Shown: positions 15,808-28,533 of the stretch, piece after piece | Layout of the letters: each line of letters begins with the position of its first letter | How positions within the stretch are numbered: the first letter of the stretch is position 1 | NCBI RefSeq assembly: GCF_009914755.1 | Contig: NC_060928.1 | Length of the DNA stretch: 64,000 nucleotides | Source: the human T2T-CHM13v2.0 reference genome, Homo sapiens | Strand: one strand, 5' to 3' | Notes under the pieces: model-generated | Seen by the model: the letters and a program-made list of their open reading frames with translations, nothing else | What the model was told of the DNA's origin: nothing | Databases searched by the model: none | Program-made: the position numbers and the translations under genes

Positions 15808-15909
15808 ATTTCTCATACATCTCTCATCCAGTTACTAACTAGACCTGTTCTTAATTAATTTCTGAGATCAGATTATATCAGGAAACTTCAGGGTGGTAAG
15901 GCCATAGCC
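15808..15909 (-). pseudogene. decayed 5S rRNA-derived sequence
   Basis: 15820-15907 aligns without gaps to the reverse complement of 5S rRNA at about 64/88 nt (hand count against the recalled 5S sequence). Confidence 0.8.
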
Positions 15910-16135
15910 ATCTTCTCACACTTCTTATCTTGCTACGCTTTCTATTTTTCCATTGAATTTATGACTTTCTAATATTTTATGATTTAATTATTTATTTTGT
16001 TTATTGTTGCTTTTCTGGCTACTCATCAGTAGAATGCAAGCACCAGGAGGGCAAGGTTATTTGATATTTTTCTGAATGATGCATACCAAGCAGAGAGAGT
16101 GCCTAGTGGAGAGTAGGCACTGAGTATTTTGTGAC
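15910..16135 (+). mobile_element. L2 3'-end remnant
   Basis: tagaatgcaagcaccaggagggcaagg...gtgcctagtggagagtaggcactgagtat. Confidence 0.6.
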
Positions 16136-17037
16136 TAGGAAGCAGCAAATGTAGTACCTAGTTCTAACTAAATCTGTGCTTCAAAGTGTATTTTTTTTGT
16201 TTGTCTTTATACTACCTCATTTGAAGACTATTATTGTTAGTGTTTTGATAAGGCAGAAAACATATTTTTCTACCAACTATACTGGCAGTTTCATGCGTTC
16301 AAGTTGCAGTTCCATGGACATTCCCCGATATTCCTTGACATTCTACGTATTCCTTAACACTAGTAACAGAGTTCCATAAATTAACGAATTGTATGTTGAG
16401 TGATATTGACAACATTTGATACTTTTCTTGGTGTTTTAATTGTAGATATCTCTGCTTTCTACTTTTAAATACCTAATAAGCAGTTGACTCTTTGAAGACT
16501 TTAGTTCTAGTGGTCAACTTCTGTGAAAGGTGAAAAACAAGAATTTTACATAAAAATTGTCTTACAATTTTTAAAACAATTTATAAATTTTGTTTTTTTT
16601 TGTTGGTTTGTTTTCAGAAGTTCAGGGCTGAAACATGGGTCCATGAACATATAGTTCCCCATAAAGTGTCATAGGCCAATAGTCTCACCTGATATTTGCA
16701 TTCATTTGTTAAGGAAAGAGATTGAGTTTCCCCTGATTATCTGGGCTGAGAGGAGTGTGTTGAGATAAAAAGCCTCATCCAAACAAGGCCATATTTCCTT
16801 GGGAAAGGGAAAACCACTGTTGATTCTACTATATAGTAGTCTTTCTCTACACAGCCAGGTTAATTATGGAGAAAGAATTCAATAGACTGAGGAAGAACAG
16901 TAATCCCATATTATCAGATTTTCGTTTCAAAAAGAGATTTATAACCAAAAATAGTGCTACATTTGTTCAGAGTATTTGAATCCAAATCTTCTATGAATAC
17001 AATAATGATTTTATTGAAAGACTATGGAGCAATTTTT

Positions 17038-17275
17038 TTTTATTATACTTTAAGTTTTAGGGTACATGTGCACATTGCGCAGGTTAGTTACATATGTATA
17101 CATGTGCCATGCTGGTGCGCTGCACCCACTAACTCGTCATCTAGCATTAGGTATATCTCCCAATGCTATCCCTCCTCCCTCCCCCCACCCCACCACAGTC
17201 CTCACAGTGTGATGTTCCCCTTCCTGAGTCCATGTGATCTCATTGTTCAATTCCCACCTATGAGTGAGAATATGC
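17038..17275 (-). mobile_element. 5'-truncated young L1 (L1PA2-like) 3' UTR
   Basis: reverse L1 3' end with GCTAGATGACGAGTTAGTGGGTGCAGCGCACCAGC; TSD agcaattttt at 17028-17037 and 17276-17285. Confidence 0.92.
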
Positions 17276-17656
17276 AGCAATTTTTATAACTATGATTCAG
17301 AAGAAGTTATATATTACTTGCAGCAGTGTATCAGGCCCAGATTTTTAGTGATAATTTTTAATTTTGGATTTTTTTCAGCCTCTATTGAATGAAGAATTTC
17401 TACTTGTAGTTTAATTTTCTTTTAAAAGACAACTAATTTCTGCTGATCCTGACTCATGTGGATGTACTGTTTCATAGTTATTTTTTATCCTTCCCTGTCT
17501 ACCAGAATAACATCCTTTGTTCATGGATATTACAGTGTACGTTCATGAGAAACATTCAAGTACACTCATTTGATACAAATAACTTTTATATTAACAAATC
17601 AGAAGTATGGCACTGAGAAGACATCTATCCTCCTATATAAAATGTTTTATCTATAA

Positions 17657-17896
<240 letters not shown>

Positions 17897-19610
17897 TAAT
17901 TTTCAAACGTGAGATTTTCTTTATCAAGGATACTTGTAGTGTTTAGCTTTGATTTAGGGGAGAACTAGAGAAAGTTGTATTGAAAGTTGAATATGAATAA
18001 GGATATTTTGGAGAGTTTCGATAGAAAAGGTTATTAATAAAATACTAGAGTTTAGAACTTCATAGCACAGGATAGGAATTCCATTAGGATATTCTACCAT
18101 CTGTTTTTTATGAAATGGTCAAAACAGCAAGTTCCAGAAAAGGATATACAGACAGAAAGAAAATATTTGCAATGAAAATAACCAACCAAGAATTCATGAA
18201 CAGAAGAAGGTTACTGACATGAAGTTTATCTATTTGTTTCCAGGTGCCAGCATTACTCCCTTTCAGACTAGTATTCCCCCACATTGAAAATAATTTATGA
18301 CCTCCTTAGCAGAATATTCTGGTATCTCAAATGTCTTTTTGACAGATAATTATCTCTGATCAGCTTTGATTTTGAAATGCATAACTACATTTCAGTTTAT
18401 TCTTATGTCCCATATTTTGTATGTATTGTGAGGTGAAAGGAAAGCAAATATTTTGGTGAAAATATTAACATCACATATGCATTTAGGAAATTCATTGACA
18501 CTTATGTTGTGTGTCATTATAGAATAAAATTTTTCTATGGGAAGAGAAAACAAAATTTTCCTCCATATTGATTTTATAGGATAAATGATATAGGATAGGA
18601 TAAAGGATTCGATTGTGTATTGCAAAACTTAGAGTGATAGATATGTAAATATTGTCATAATTTAAAGAAGATCAGTGTAATGGATTTTCCCTGGAAGCTA
18701 TTTTATTCATCATATGAAATGAAAGATAGAAAAGCTTGGCACTTTTACTACAGGTATTAAAAGAATTCATTAAAATCTCCATTTACATGTTTGAAATTTT
18801 CTGTATGTGATATATTTCATAGAAGAAACATGCTATCAAGCTTCTTTCATGTGATATTCATATATTTACTTATCAAAATCAAGTGTCTTGCTGATGCATA
18901 ATTTCTTCAGAGGATGTTTACTATTTGTCTAACTCACATGAGGTTATTCCTGAAGAGTGAGATTATGGAGTATCCTGTCATATACATTTTAAAAAATATT
19001 ATATATTGTATATATATACTTTATGTATATTTTGGGTTTCAATATACAATTATACAGTATGTATATTTATTAAAATGGGGTTATCATATTTTCTGGAGCA
19101 AAATGTCTATATAAGAAACACAATGTTTTAAATTTAAAGAGATCCAGTCAATTTCTGAGTTTTATACCTTTTAATTTATGTTCACCACAATCTATTTCTT
19201 AATAATGATATTTCTTTAAAAGAATTTTTGCTGATATATCTATTAAGCTATAATGTAAAATTAGCATTGCTGAAGCTATGCTTTTTAGTAAGTTTTTAAA
19301 TTTCATTCTGAAAAAAGGCTAGGCTTCATTATCCTCATTTGACTTCAAATTCAGAAAAACACACACTGTGTCTGAGATAAGGTGATCTTCAGTTGGCCCA
19401 GCAATAGGTTTCCAGGCCTTCTGTGGGTTTTTTGACAATGCTCAGTTAGCAGCAACATGAATTTGTATACGTTATCCATCAGGGGCTTATACGTTGTTCC
19501 TGCTCCTTTGCTGATAGAAGCAATGGAAGAAATGAATTGTTTCCATTTTATTTGGAACCATTAAGCATGGTAGTTTTTTAGAAAGATTTACGCCCTCATA
19601 TATATATATA

Positions 19611-19743
19611 AGAATAGCATGGAAAAGAACCCCCAACCATGATTCAGTTACCTCTCACCAGGTCCCTCTCATGACACGTGAGAATTTTGGGAGATATCAT
19701 TCAAGGTGAGATTTGGGTGGGGACACAGCCAAACCATTTCACA
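19611..19743 (-). mobile_element. partial THE1 LTR copy (duplicate of 20425-20559)
   Basis: gagatttgggtggggacacagccaaaccatttcac and the preceding ~100 nt match the neighbouring THE1. Confidence 0.85.
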
Positions 19744-19797
19744 TACATACACACATATATATGTATAGTTGTTCTATAACTATGACCATTTTCATAG

Positions 19798-19923
19798 AGG
19801 AAGATGAGTGTGCCAAACCTGACCGTGGAGGCTGTGAGCAGCGATGTCTGAACACTCTGGGCAGTTACCAGTGTGCCTGTGAGCCTGGCTATGAGCTGGG
19901 CCCAGACAGAAGGAGCTGTGAAG
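19798..19923 (+). CDS. TLL1: TLL1 coding exon 14 (Ca-binding EGF1, [42 protein letters not shown])
   Basis: ttcatag|AGGAA acceptor, GAAG|gtatga donor, 126 nt, six-Cys EGF-Ca pattern. Confidence 0.97.
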
Positions 19924-20160
19924 GTATGACTGCACTCCTTCCTGGACCCCCACCCCCCACAATTATTTATTTCTTATATTCTCATTCTCTGTCTGTCTTC
20001 CTCTTTCTTTCCCTTTTTCCTATAGTGACCTCTTTCCTCAATTAGTAAGACTCAATTCACAGTCACAGCTGATGTGAAACCTTACCTGAATTCTTGTTAT
20101 AGAATGGGTCCTTTCCTCCTTTGATTACCAGGCCACCTTGTTTATATATGTATAACACAC

Positions 20161-20557
20161 CATATTAGTCCATTCTCACGCTGCTAATACAGACACATTA
20201 GCATATTTATTATGCTAATGAAAACATACCCAAGACTGGGTAATTTGTAATAGAAAGAGATTTAATGGACTCACAGTTCCACATGGCTGGTGAGGCCTCA
20301 CGATAATGGGAGAAGACAAAAGAAGAGCAAAGGCACGTCGTATATGGCAGCGAGCCAGAAAGCATGTGCAGGGGACTCCTTTTTGTAAAATCATCAGATT
20401 TCGTAAGACTTTCTCACTATCGTGAGAACAGCATGGAAAAGACTCCCCCCAACCATGATTCAGTTACCTCCCACCAGGTCCCTCCCATGACATGTGGGAA
20501 TTATGGGAGCTGTCATTCAAGATGAGATTTGGGTGGGGACACAGCCAAACCATTTCA
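20161..20557 (-). mobile_element. THE1 (THE1B-like) MaLR solo LTR
   Basis: tattagtccattctcacgctgct...ggactcacagttccacatggctgg...gggacacagccaaacc. Confidence 0.9.
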
Positions 20558-22510
20558 CACATATATAAATAAATGTATCTATACTTGTTTCTATCTAGAT
20601 TCATCTATATATAAATCTACATCTAGACCTAGATTTATATCCATCCCTCCTTTCATCCATCCATCCATTCACCAGGCCACTGTGTTTGTACATATTAATG
20701 TATCTGTAGATATCTCTGTCTAGATCTAGATTTTTATCTATCCATCCTACCATCATTCATTCATCCATCTCTCATACCAGGCCACCATGTATATGTATGT
20801 TACTATATCTAGATCTATTTCTGTCTCTATCTAGATCAGATTTTCATCCACCCATCTATATATCTATTCATCCCTCCATTTCTCCATCCATCCATCTGTC
20901 TATCCATCATTTGTTTTTATCTTTTTCTTAATATAGTCTTTAGGTATATCTCCCTTATTAAAATGAGAAGTCCTGAGTTAGAATCATCTTTGTATCTCTA
21001 ATATCTAGCACAGTCAGACATAAAGCAGGAGATAAATATGTGTTTTATCAATAAAAGATTGATTTTTTTAAAAAGACTTTTTGTCGTGGTTATCTGCATT
21101 TCGTCTTTATGTTTTAAGATGAGGTTTCTTGTAAAGCATTTTCTTACCATTATCTATGATCTCTTCCTTCAGATTTTAAAGCTAACTCTTTTTTATTTTC
21201 CCTGCCTCCACCCTATTACAGGCCCCATACCGCTATTACAGGCAGGATGAATTGGAAGATCTTTCTTACTCCAGTCTGTTCCTCCTTTATTCCTCTTTTA
21301 AAATTTCTGCAAAATTCATCTTCATAGAATGTGTAGCAGTTTAACATTATTTATATTTATGTATTTATTGGTTTACTGTGATGTCTCCCATCAAAATGTT
21401 AGTCCTCTGAAAATGAGCACCTGTTCTCTACTGTACCTGTAATAGAGGATATAATAAGTGGCAAAGGGGAAAGAATTATTTGCTTAATGCACGCCCCCCT
21501 GCTGACCTATTTAGCAAAAATCAGAGACTCCCTGTTTCTTCTTAAAAGTCTGAACTTTCCTGTTTGGCTTCCAGAAGTCTCTATCCCACCTATTAACCTA
21601 CTAATCTTCCCCCTTTACTAGAATAAAAAAGACCTAGTAATGAAGCAGTATATTTTTAAAAGAGGACATTGTATATGAGACAATCAAAAAATAACAAGAC
21701 TACTGTTTCTGTGGAGCAACTAGAAATACTTATCTTATCATAATTTACCAAGAAAGTGGTAAAAGTAACTACAGGTAGTGTTTGTATATACTTATAAATA
21801 TAGCATATATGTATATGTGTATACACACACACACACACATACACGTGCACAAAGACAAAAAAGGGACCAGTTATTTTAGGTAACTCTTGACTCCTTAGGA
21901 ATTAATTATGAACTGTGTACAATGTATGTTCTTTTTACTCAGCTTGCTTTTGGATACCATGATTTTGCTAATTTCACTGTCAATAAGGAAGAGATGAAAT
22001 TTAAATAGAACCTTTTAAAAATAGATCATCACAGATCTATTTAAAAAGAAAATCAGTATTTAAATTGGACTTTTTGGAATAACAAATATGCTCTATTTAC
22101 CATAATTTATCTTGTCTGGTAGCTCAGGTAATATTGAGTTACTTGTCTTGGAAAAAAAGTTTGAGGAAATGAACAATTGATTTGGTTTTATTACATCATC
22201 CTAAACTGTGCTTTACATGTATATTTTCCTTAAATCTCCTAACACCCTTCTCAATTCCGACAAAAAAAAAATTTTTTTCCTTAATTCTGTAGTGGCCAAG
22301 GCACTACAAGATATTATTAGACCAACTCTAAAGATAAGAAAACTGAGACCTAGATTTTTAATTTTTTTTAAATTGCTCCCCCTACTTTAAAGTTACTAAA
22401 ATTTAGTACAGCCATAATATTCTCGGCTACTAAGCTACAAAATAACACCTTAAAAATGAGACTTAATGACCACAATACTTGTATCAAGACTAAGGAGCAG
22501 AGACTGCCAT

Positions 22511-22532
22511 TTCTGGATTTTAAAATCCAGAA
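22511..22532. repeat. perfect 22-bp palindrome
   Basis: ttctggatttt-aaaatccagaa. Confidence 0.9.
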
Positions 22533-22574
22533 GATAGTTGAAATTTAGTGCTGAGATGTTTGGGTATTAATTAA

Positions 22575-22814
<240 letters not shown>

Positions 22815-23850
22815 TAACTGTAATTTTTTAAATCATGTTTTGGAACTCCCTGAAGGCAAACTGTGAAATTAAAAAAAAAAAAGATGTAGTAAAATAGTAT
22901 AGACATTGTATTCTTTCTTTGTCTTACTGCTCATTTCTGCAACTGCTTATGAATCTCGTTGGCATTGGATGATACTTTAGACTCTTTCTGGAAGATTGAA
23001 AATTACCTAGAGGGAGTTTTTATTTAGTGTATTTAATATTTACCATTTTCTTGATTTGTTAAATAACTATGGAGTATTTAGGGTCAACTTCATGTCACAT
23101 AGACACTTCTAGAAAAAAATAAACCAAAACCCTGTGGCTGAGTCATAACAAAAATATCATTTGGAAGAACCTGGCATATTTTACTTATGGAAATGGGTAT
23201 ATTTACATTATATATGTAGCTTTTCATTATGAATGTGCTCGTGGTTCATAAAGAAGGAAAGATTAATTTTTTAACCTCAGTAAAAGATGTATTTAAAGCT
23301 ATCCTTTTTTAATGCAGAATATAGCTTACTCTACTAAAGGTACAGTTTCTGTCAGGTGACTACATTTAAACAAGTGAAATCATTTATTTGAAAATTCCTT
23401 TGTGCTAGTGCACACACACCCATCAAATTCAAGTGGAATGTCAAGCCTGAAATGGGAACTTTTAGAAAAACATCCTTTGTGTGATTGGTCAACACTGGTT
23501 TAATTCCAGAGGAAAGGTTATAAACGTTTGTTTTGTTTCGTCTTCTGTACGTTCTCTTCTTTTTCTAACTTCCTTTGCATCCTTTTCTCCCAACAACGTT
23601 TTTAACGTTTATTAAATGAACATGATTTTTATCCATCCATAAAATAAAATTAACCCACAAAAAATATTTTGTCTTTGATGTACATCAGTTGGACACTTTT
23701 GTCTCTGATGTATATCAGAGAACGGAAATGTAATGTATCTGTGCCACTGAAGCAGTAATTGTTGGTAATATTTGTGGGTTTTATACCATAGTTTTGCTTT
23801 TGTGTGTCTATTTTTCTTCTTCCTTTTTTACTGCCTACTTTTCCTCCTTT

Positions 23851-24158
23851 CCTTTTTTTTTTTTCTTTTTTTTTTTTGAGACAGAGTCTCGCTCTGTTGC
23901 CCAGGCTGGAGTGCAGTGGTGCTATCTTGACTCACTGCAACCTCCGCCTCCTGGGTTCAAACAATTCTTCCTGCCTCAGCCTCCCGAATAGCTGGGATTA
24001 CAGGCATGCGCCACCACACCCAGCTAATTTTTGCATTTAGTAGAGACGGGGTTTCACCATGTTGGCCAGGCTAATCTCGAATTCTTGACTTCAAGTGATC
24101 CGCCTGCCTCAGCCTCCAGAAGTGCTGGGATTACAGGCATGAGCTACCGTGCCTGGCC
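23851..24158 (-). mobile_element. Alu (AluSx/Sz-like)
   Basis: poly-T plus reverse Alu consensus. Confidence 0.95.
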
Positions 24159-24308
24159 TCTTTCCTTTTAATTACTTTTTTTCCTCTTAATTCTGCTTGT
24201 AGTAACCAAGGAGGTTTTAGCTTTTTACTAGTGGCTTTTAGGTAAAAAAGAGGTAGCTGACTTCTGTGTTCTCTTAAAGAAAATTAAAGTTTGAAATATG
24301 ATGAACTT

Positions 24309-26623
24309 TTGCTGTGCAGAAGCTCTTTAGTTTAATTAGATCCCATTTGTCAATTTTGGCTTTTGTTGTCATTGCTTTTGGTGTTTTATTCATGAAGTCC
24401 TTGTTCATGCCTATGTTCTGAATGGTATTGCCTAGGTTTTCTTCTAGGGTTTTTGTGGTTTTAGTTCTAATATTTAAGTCTTTACTCCATCTTGAATTAA
24501 TTTTTGTATAAGGTGTAAGGAAAGGACCCAGTTTCAGCTTTCTACATATGGCTAGCCAGTTTTCCCAGCACCATTTATTAAATAGGGAATCCTTTCCCCA
24601 TTTCTTGTTTTTGTCAGGTTTGTCAAAGATCAGATGGTTGTAGATGTGTGGTATTATTTCTGAGGGCTCTGTTCTGTTCCATTGATCTATATCTCTGTGT
24701 TGGTACCAGTACCATGCTGTTTTAGTTACTGTAGCCTTGTAGTATAGTTTGAAGTCAGGTAGCATGATGCCTCCAGCTTTGTTCTTTTGGCTTAGGATTG
24801 TCGTGGAGATGTGGGTTCTTTTTTGGTTCCATATGAACTTTAAAGTAGTTTTTTCCAATTCTGTGAAGAAAGTCATTGGTAGCTTGATGGGGATGGCATT
24901 GAATCTATAAATTACCTTGGGCAGTATAGCCATTTTCACAATATTGATTCTTCCTATCCATGAGCATGGAATGTTCTTCCATTTGTTTGTGTCTTCTTTT
25001 ATTTCGTTGATCAGTGGTTTACAGTTCTCCTTGAAGAGGTCCTTCACATCCCTCGTAAGTTGTATTCCAAGGTATTTAATTCTCTTTGAAGCAATTGTGA
25101 ATGGAAGTTCACTCATGATTTGGCTCTCTGTTTGTCTGTTATTGGTGTATAGAAATGCTTGTGATTTTTGCACATTGATTTTGTATTCTGAGACTTTGCT
25201 GAAGTTGGTTTTCAGCTTATGGAGATTTTGGGCAGAGATGATGGAGTTTTCTAAATATACAATCATGTCATCTGCAAACAGGGACAATTTGACTTCCTCT
25301 TTTCCTAATTGAATACCCTTTATTTCTTTCTCCTGCCTGATTGCCCTGGCCAGAACTTCCAACACTATGTTGAATAGGAGTGGTGAGAGAGGGCATCCCT
25401 GTCTTGTGCCAGTTTTCAAAGGGAATGCCTCCAGATTTTGCCCATTCAGTATGATATTGGCTGTGGGTTTGTCATAAATAGCTGTTATTATTTTGAGATA
25501 CATCCCATCAATACCTAGTTTATTGAGAGTTTTTAGCATGAAGGGCTGTTGCATTTTGTCAAAGGCCTTTTCTGCATCTATTGAGATAATCATGTGGTTT
25601 TTGTCTTTGGTTCTGTTTATATGATGGATTACATTTATTGATTTGCTAACATCAGAGTGAACAGGTAACCTACAGAATGGGAGAAAATTTTTACAATCTA
25701 CCCATCTGACAAAGTTCTAATATCCAGAATCTACAAAGAACTTAAACAAATTTACAAGAAAAAATCAAACAACCCCATCAAAAAGTGGGCGAAGGATATA
25801 AACAGACACTTCTCAAAGGAAGACATTTATGCAGCCAACAGACACATGAAAAAATGCTCATCATCACTGGCCATCAGAGAAATGCAAATCAAAACCACAA
25901 TGAGATACCATCTCACACCAGTTAGAATGGTGATCATTAAAAAGTCAGGAAACCACAGGTGCTGGAGAGGATGTGGAGAAATAGGAACACTTTTACACTG
26001 TTGGTGGGACTGTAAACTAGTTCAACCATTGTGGAAGACAGTGTGACGATTCCTCAAGGATCTAGAACTAGAAATACCATTTGACCCAGCCACCCCATTA
26101 CGGGGTATATACCCAAAGGATTATAAATCATGCTGCTTTAAAGACACATGCACACGTATGTTTATTGTGGCACTATTGACAATAGCAAAGACTTGGAACC
26201 AACCCAAATGTCCATCAATGATAGACTGGATTAAGAAACTGTGGCACATATACACCATGGAATACTATGCAGCCATAAAAAATGATGAGTTCATGTCCTT
26301 TGTAGAGACATGGATGAAGCTGGAAACCATCATTCTGAGCAAACTATCGCAAGGACAGAAAACCAAACACTGCATGCTCTCATTCATAGGTGGGAATTGA
26401 ACAATGAGAACACTTGGATACAGGGTGGGGAACATCACGCCACACACCGGGGCCTGTCATAAGGTGGGGGGAGGGGGAAGGGATAGCATTAGGAGATATA
26501 CCTAATGTAAATGATGAGTTAATGGGTGCAGCATACCAACATGGCACGTGTATACGTATGTAACAAACTTCACGTTGTGCACATGTACCCTAGAACTTAA
26601 AGTATAATAATTAAAAAAAAAAA
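24309..26623 (+). mobile_element. L1PA element (approx. PA4-PA6), 5'-truncated with 5' inversion
   Basis: 24309-25645 is reverse-oriented ORF2 (RT, LFADDM); 25646-26623 is forward ORF2 end, 3' UTR and poly-A; TSD gaaat(a/g)tgatgaactt at 24293-24308 and 26624-26639. Confidence 0.95.
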
Positions 26624-27954
26624 GAAATGTGATGAACTTACATATTTCAAGGAATTGCAGAATCTTGGAACTCAATGGGCCATTTGAGCTTCTTTTTAAC
26701 ATTATGTGTAAGTTTTATAATGAGAAAGACTGCAATTTATCATTTTAACATACTTTACATGAAATATAATTTTCTTTTAATAAGTAAAGAAAATTATTTT
26801 TATACTATTTTTAGAGAGGTTTTTCTTTTTGAGCTACACCTTTTGAAAATGGGAATTTCCCTACCAATTCTGGGATTGATGTGAACTTAGTGTTGAATGA
26901 CATCTACTCCCATAGTTTTCCCTTAAGCTATTACTGTGTTGGGTGTGACATTTTGATTTATTAATTGATAGATATTTGTAATAAGTCTAGAGGTCTGCAT
27001 TCAGGAGAAAGCAGGGGAGATGGTTTTATATAATTGAGGTATTGTGTTCTGAAAGCATTATTCTCATAGTCAGGGTCACCATTCATAGAATGGCTGTTTA
27101 CAAACTGTGTTAACATATTCTTGTGTTCTTTAATTTATAATCATGTTACTGTGTAGAAAGCTGTTACAGAATTCTCTGTATTTTCATAGTTTGATATCTT
27201 AGCTATTTAAAATAAAAGGCCTGAGCAAAAACTTGACTTACAGAATAATGGGTTAGGCTTAAAACATCATTATTTTATTCATTATATTGCTATTCCAAAG
27301 GAAAGTCAATGACAACATCTTTAGCCTCGGAAACAGTCTTTTATACTATATTGGAACTCTCCAAACAAAAATTGCAATTGTAACAAAGTAAGTAGAAAAG
27401 TTATTTCATTTTCCCTAGCAGCATTTTGCTTATTCATCACCTATTTAGTAGCAGAAGAACCAGTAATTTGAGTTGACATATTTCAAAGCACAGATCTTGC
27501 CCCAGGGTTCAATCATATGCATTGTTAAACCTTGCTAATTACATATTTATGTAATAAGGTCATTCATGCAAGATTTGTTCTTGAACATGTGCCCTGTTGG
27601 AACTTTGGAAAAGTATATTATGGAAACATCTGTTAGTGGCCATAAAATTGCTTAAAAATACCTGGCATTCATTTAGCTTCTTCCATTTTAGTGTTGTTAG
27701 TATATTATATATAAATCAGAATGAGGCTACCTTATTTTAATATAAATTCTTACCTCCTTTGCACTGAATAGAATTCCTATGTGTTTGCAGTCCTGCAGCA
27801 ACCCTACAGAGTAACTTCACAGCACTCAGCAACAAAAAGAAATTAAGAAATATCAGTCCTTTTAGTAAGTTTAAAAAGCAAATAATCTTTTTTATTATAC
27901 ATCAAGTATCCATCTTTCTCTTTTAAAGTTACTAATGGTGCTGTTCTCATTAGA

Positions 27955-28100
27955 ATGTGGTGTTTCTGGGAGACAGTACTGGACTAAGCCGAACTCCTTG
28001 TTGTTAATCACCAGTGCCATGTATGACAAGTATCATTTTGGACAAGCTATATAAAAATCTCTGAACTTCAGTTTTCTCATCTCTACAATGGAAAGAGCTA
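27955..28100 (+). mobile_element. MIR remnant
   Basis: tctctgaacttcagttttctcatctctacaatgg core. Confidence 0.6.
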
Positions 28101-28296
28101 TTTCTATTGCTAGTAGTTGTGTGCTGGGATTACAGGCATGAGTCACTGTGTCTGACCTGATTTTTTTCCTTACCTGTTAGTTCTAGTTTGACTACCGTAA
28201 GAGTAAAATGGGAAAAATAAGATATGTTTTTTTAAGATAAATGTCAATCATCTTGTACTCACAAATCTGGCAACTGATAACCACATTTTTTTCTAG

Positions 28297-28533
<237 letters not shown>

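Noticed and set aside
24274-25593. 439-aa reverse transcriptase ORF as a novel RT/retron-like system
   Set aside because: It is a LINE-1 ORF2 fragment inside a truncated, inverted L1 with a TSD; no promoter, no endonuclease domain
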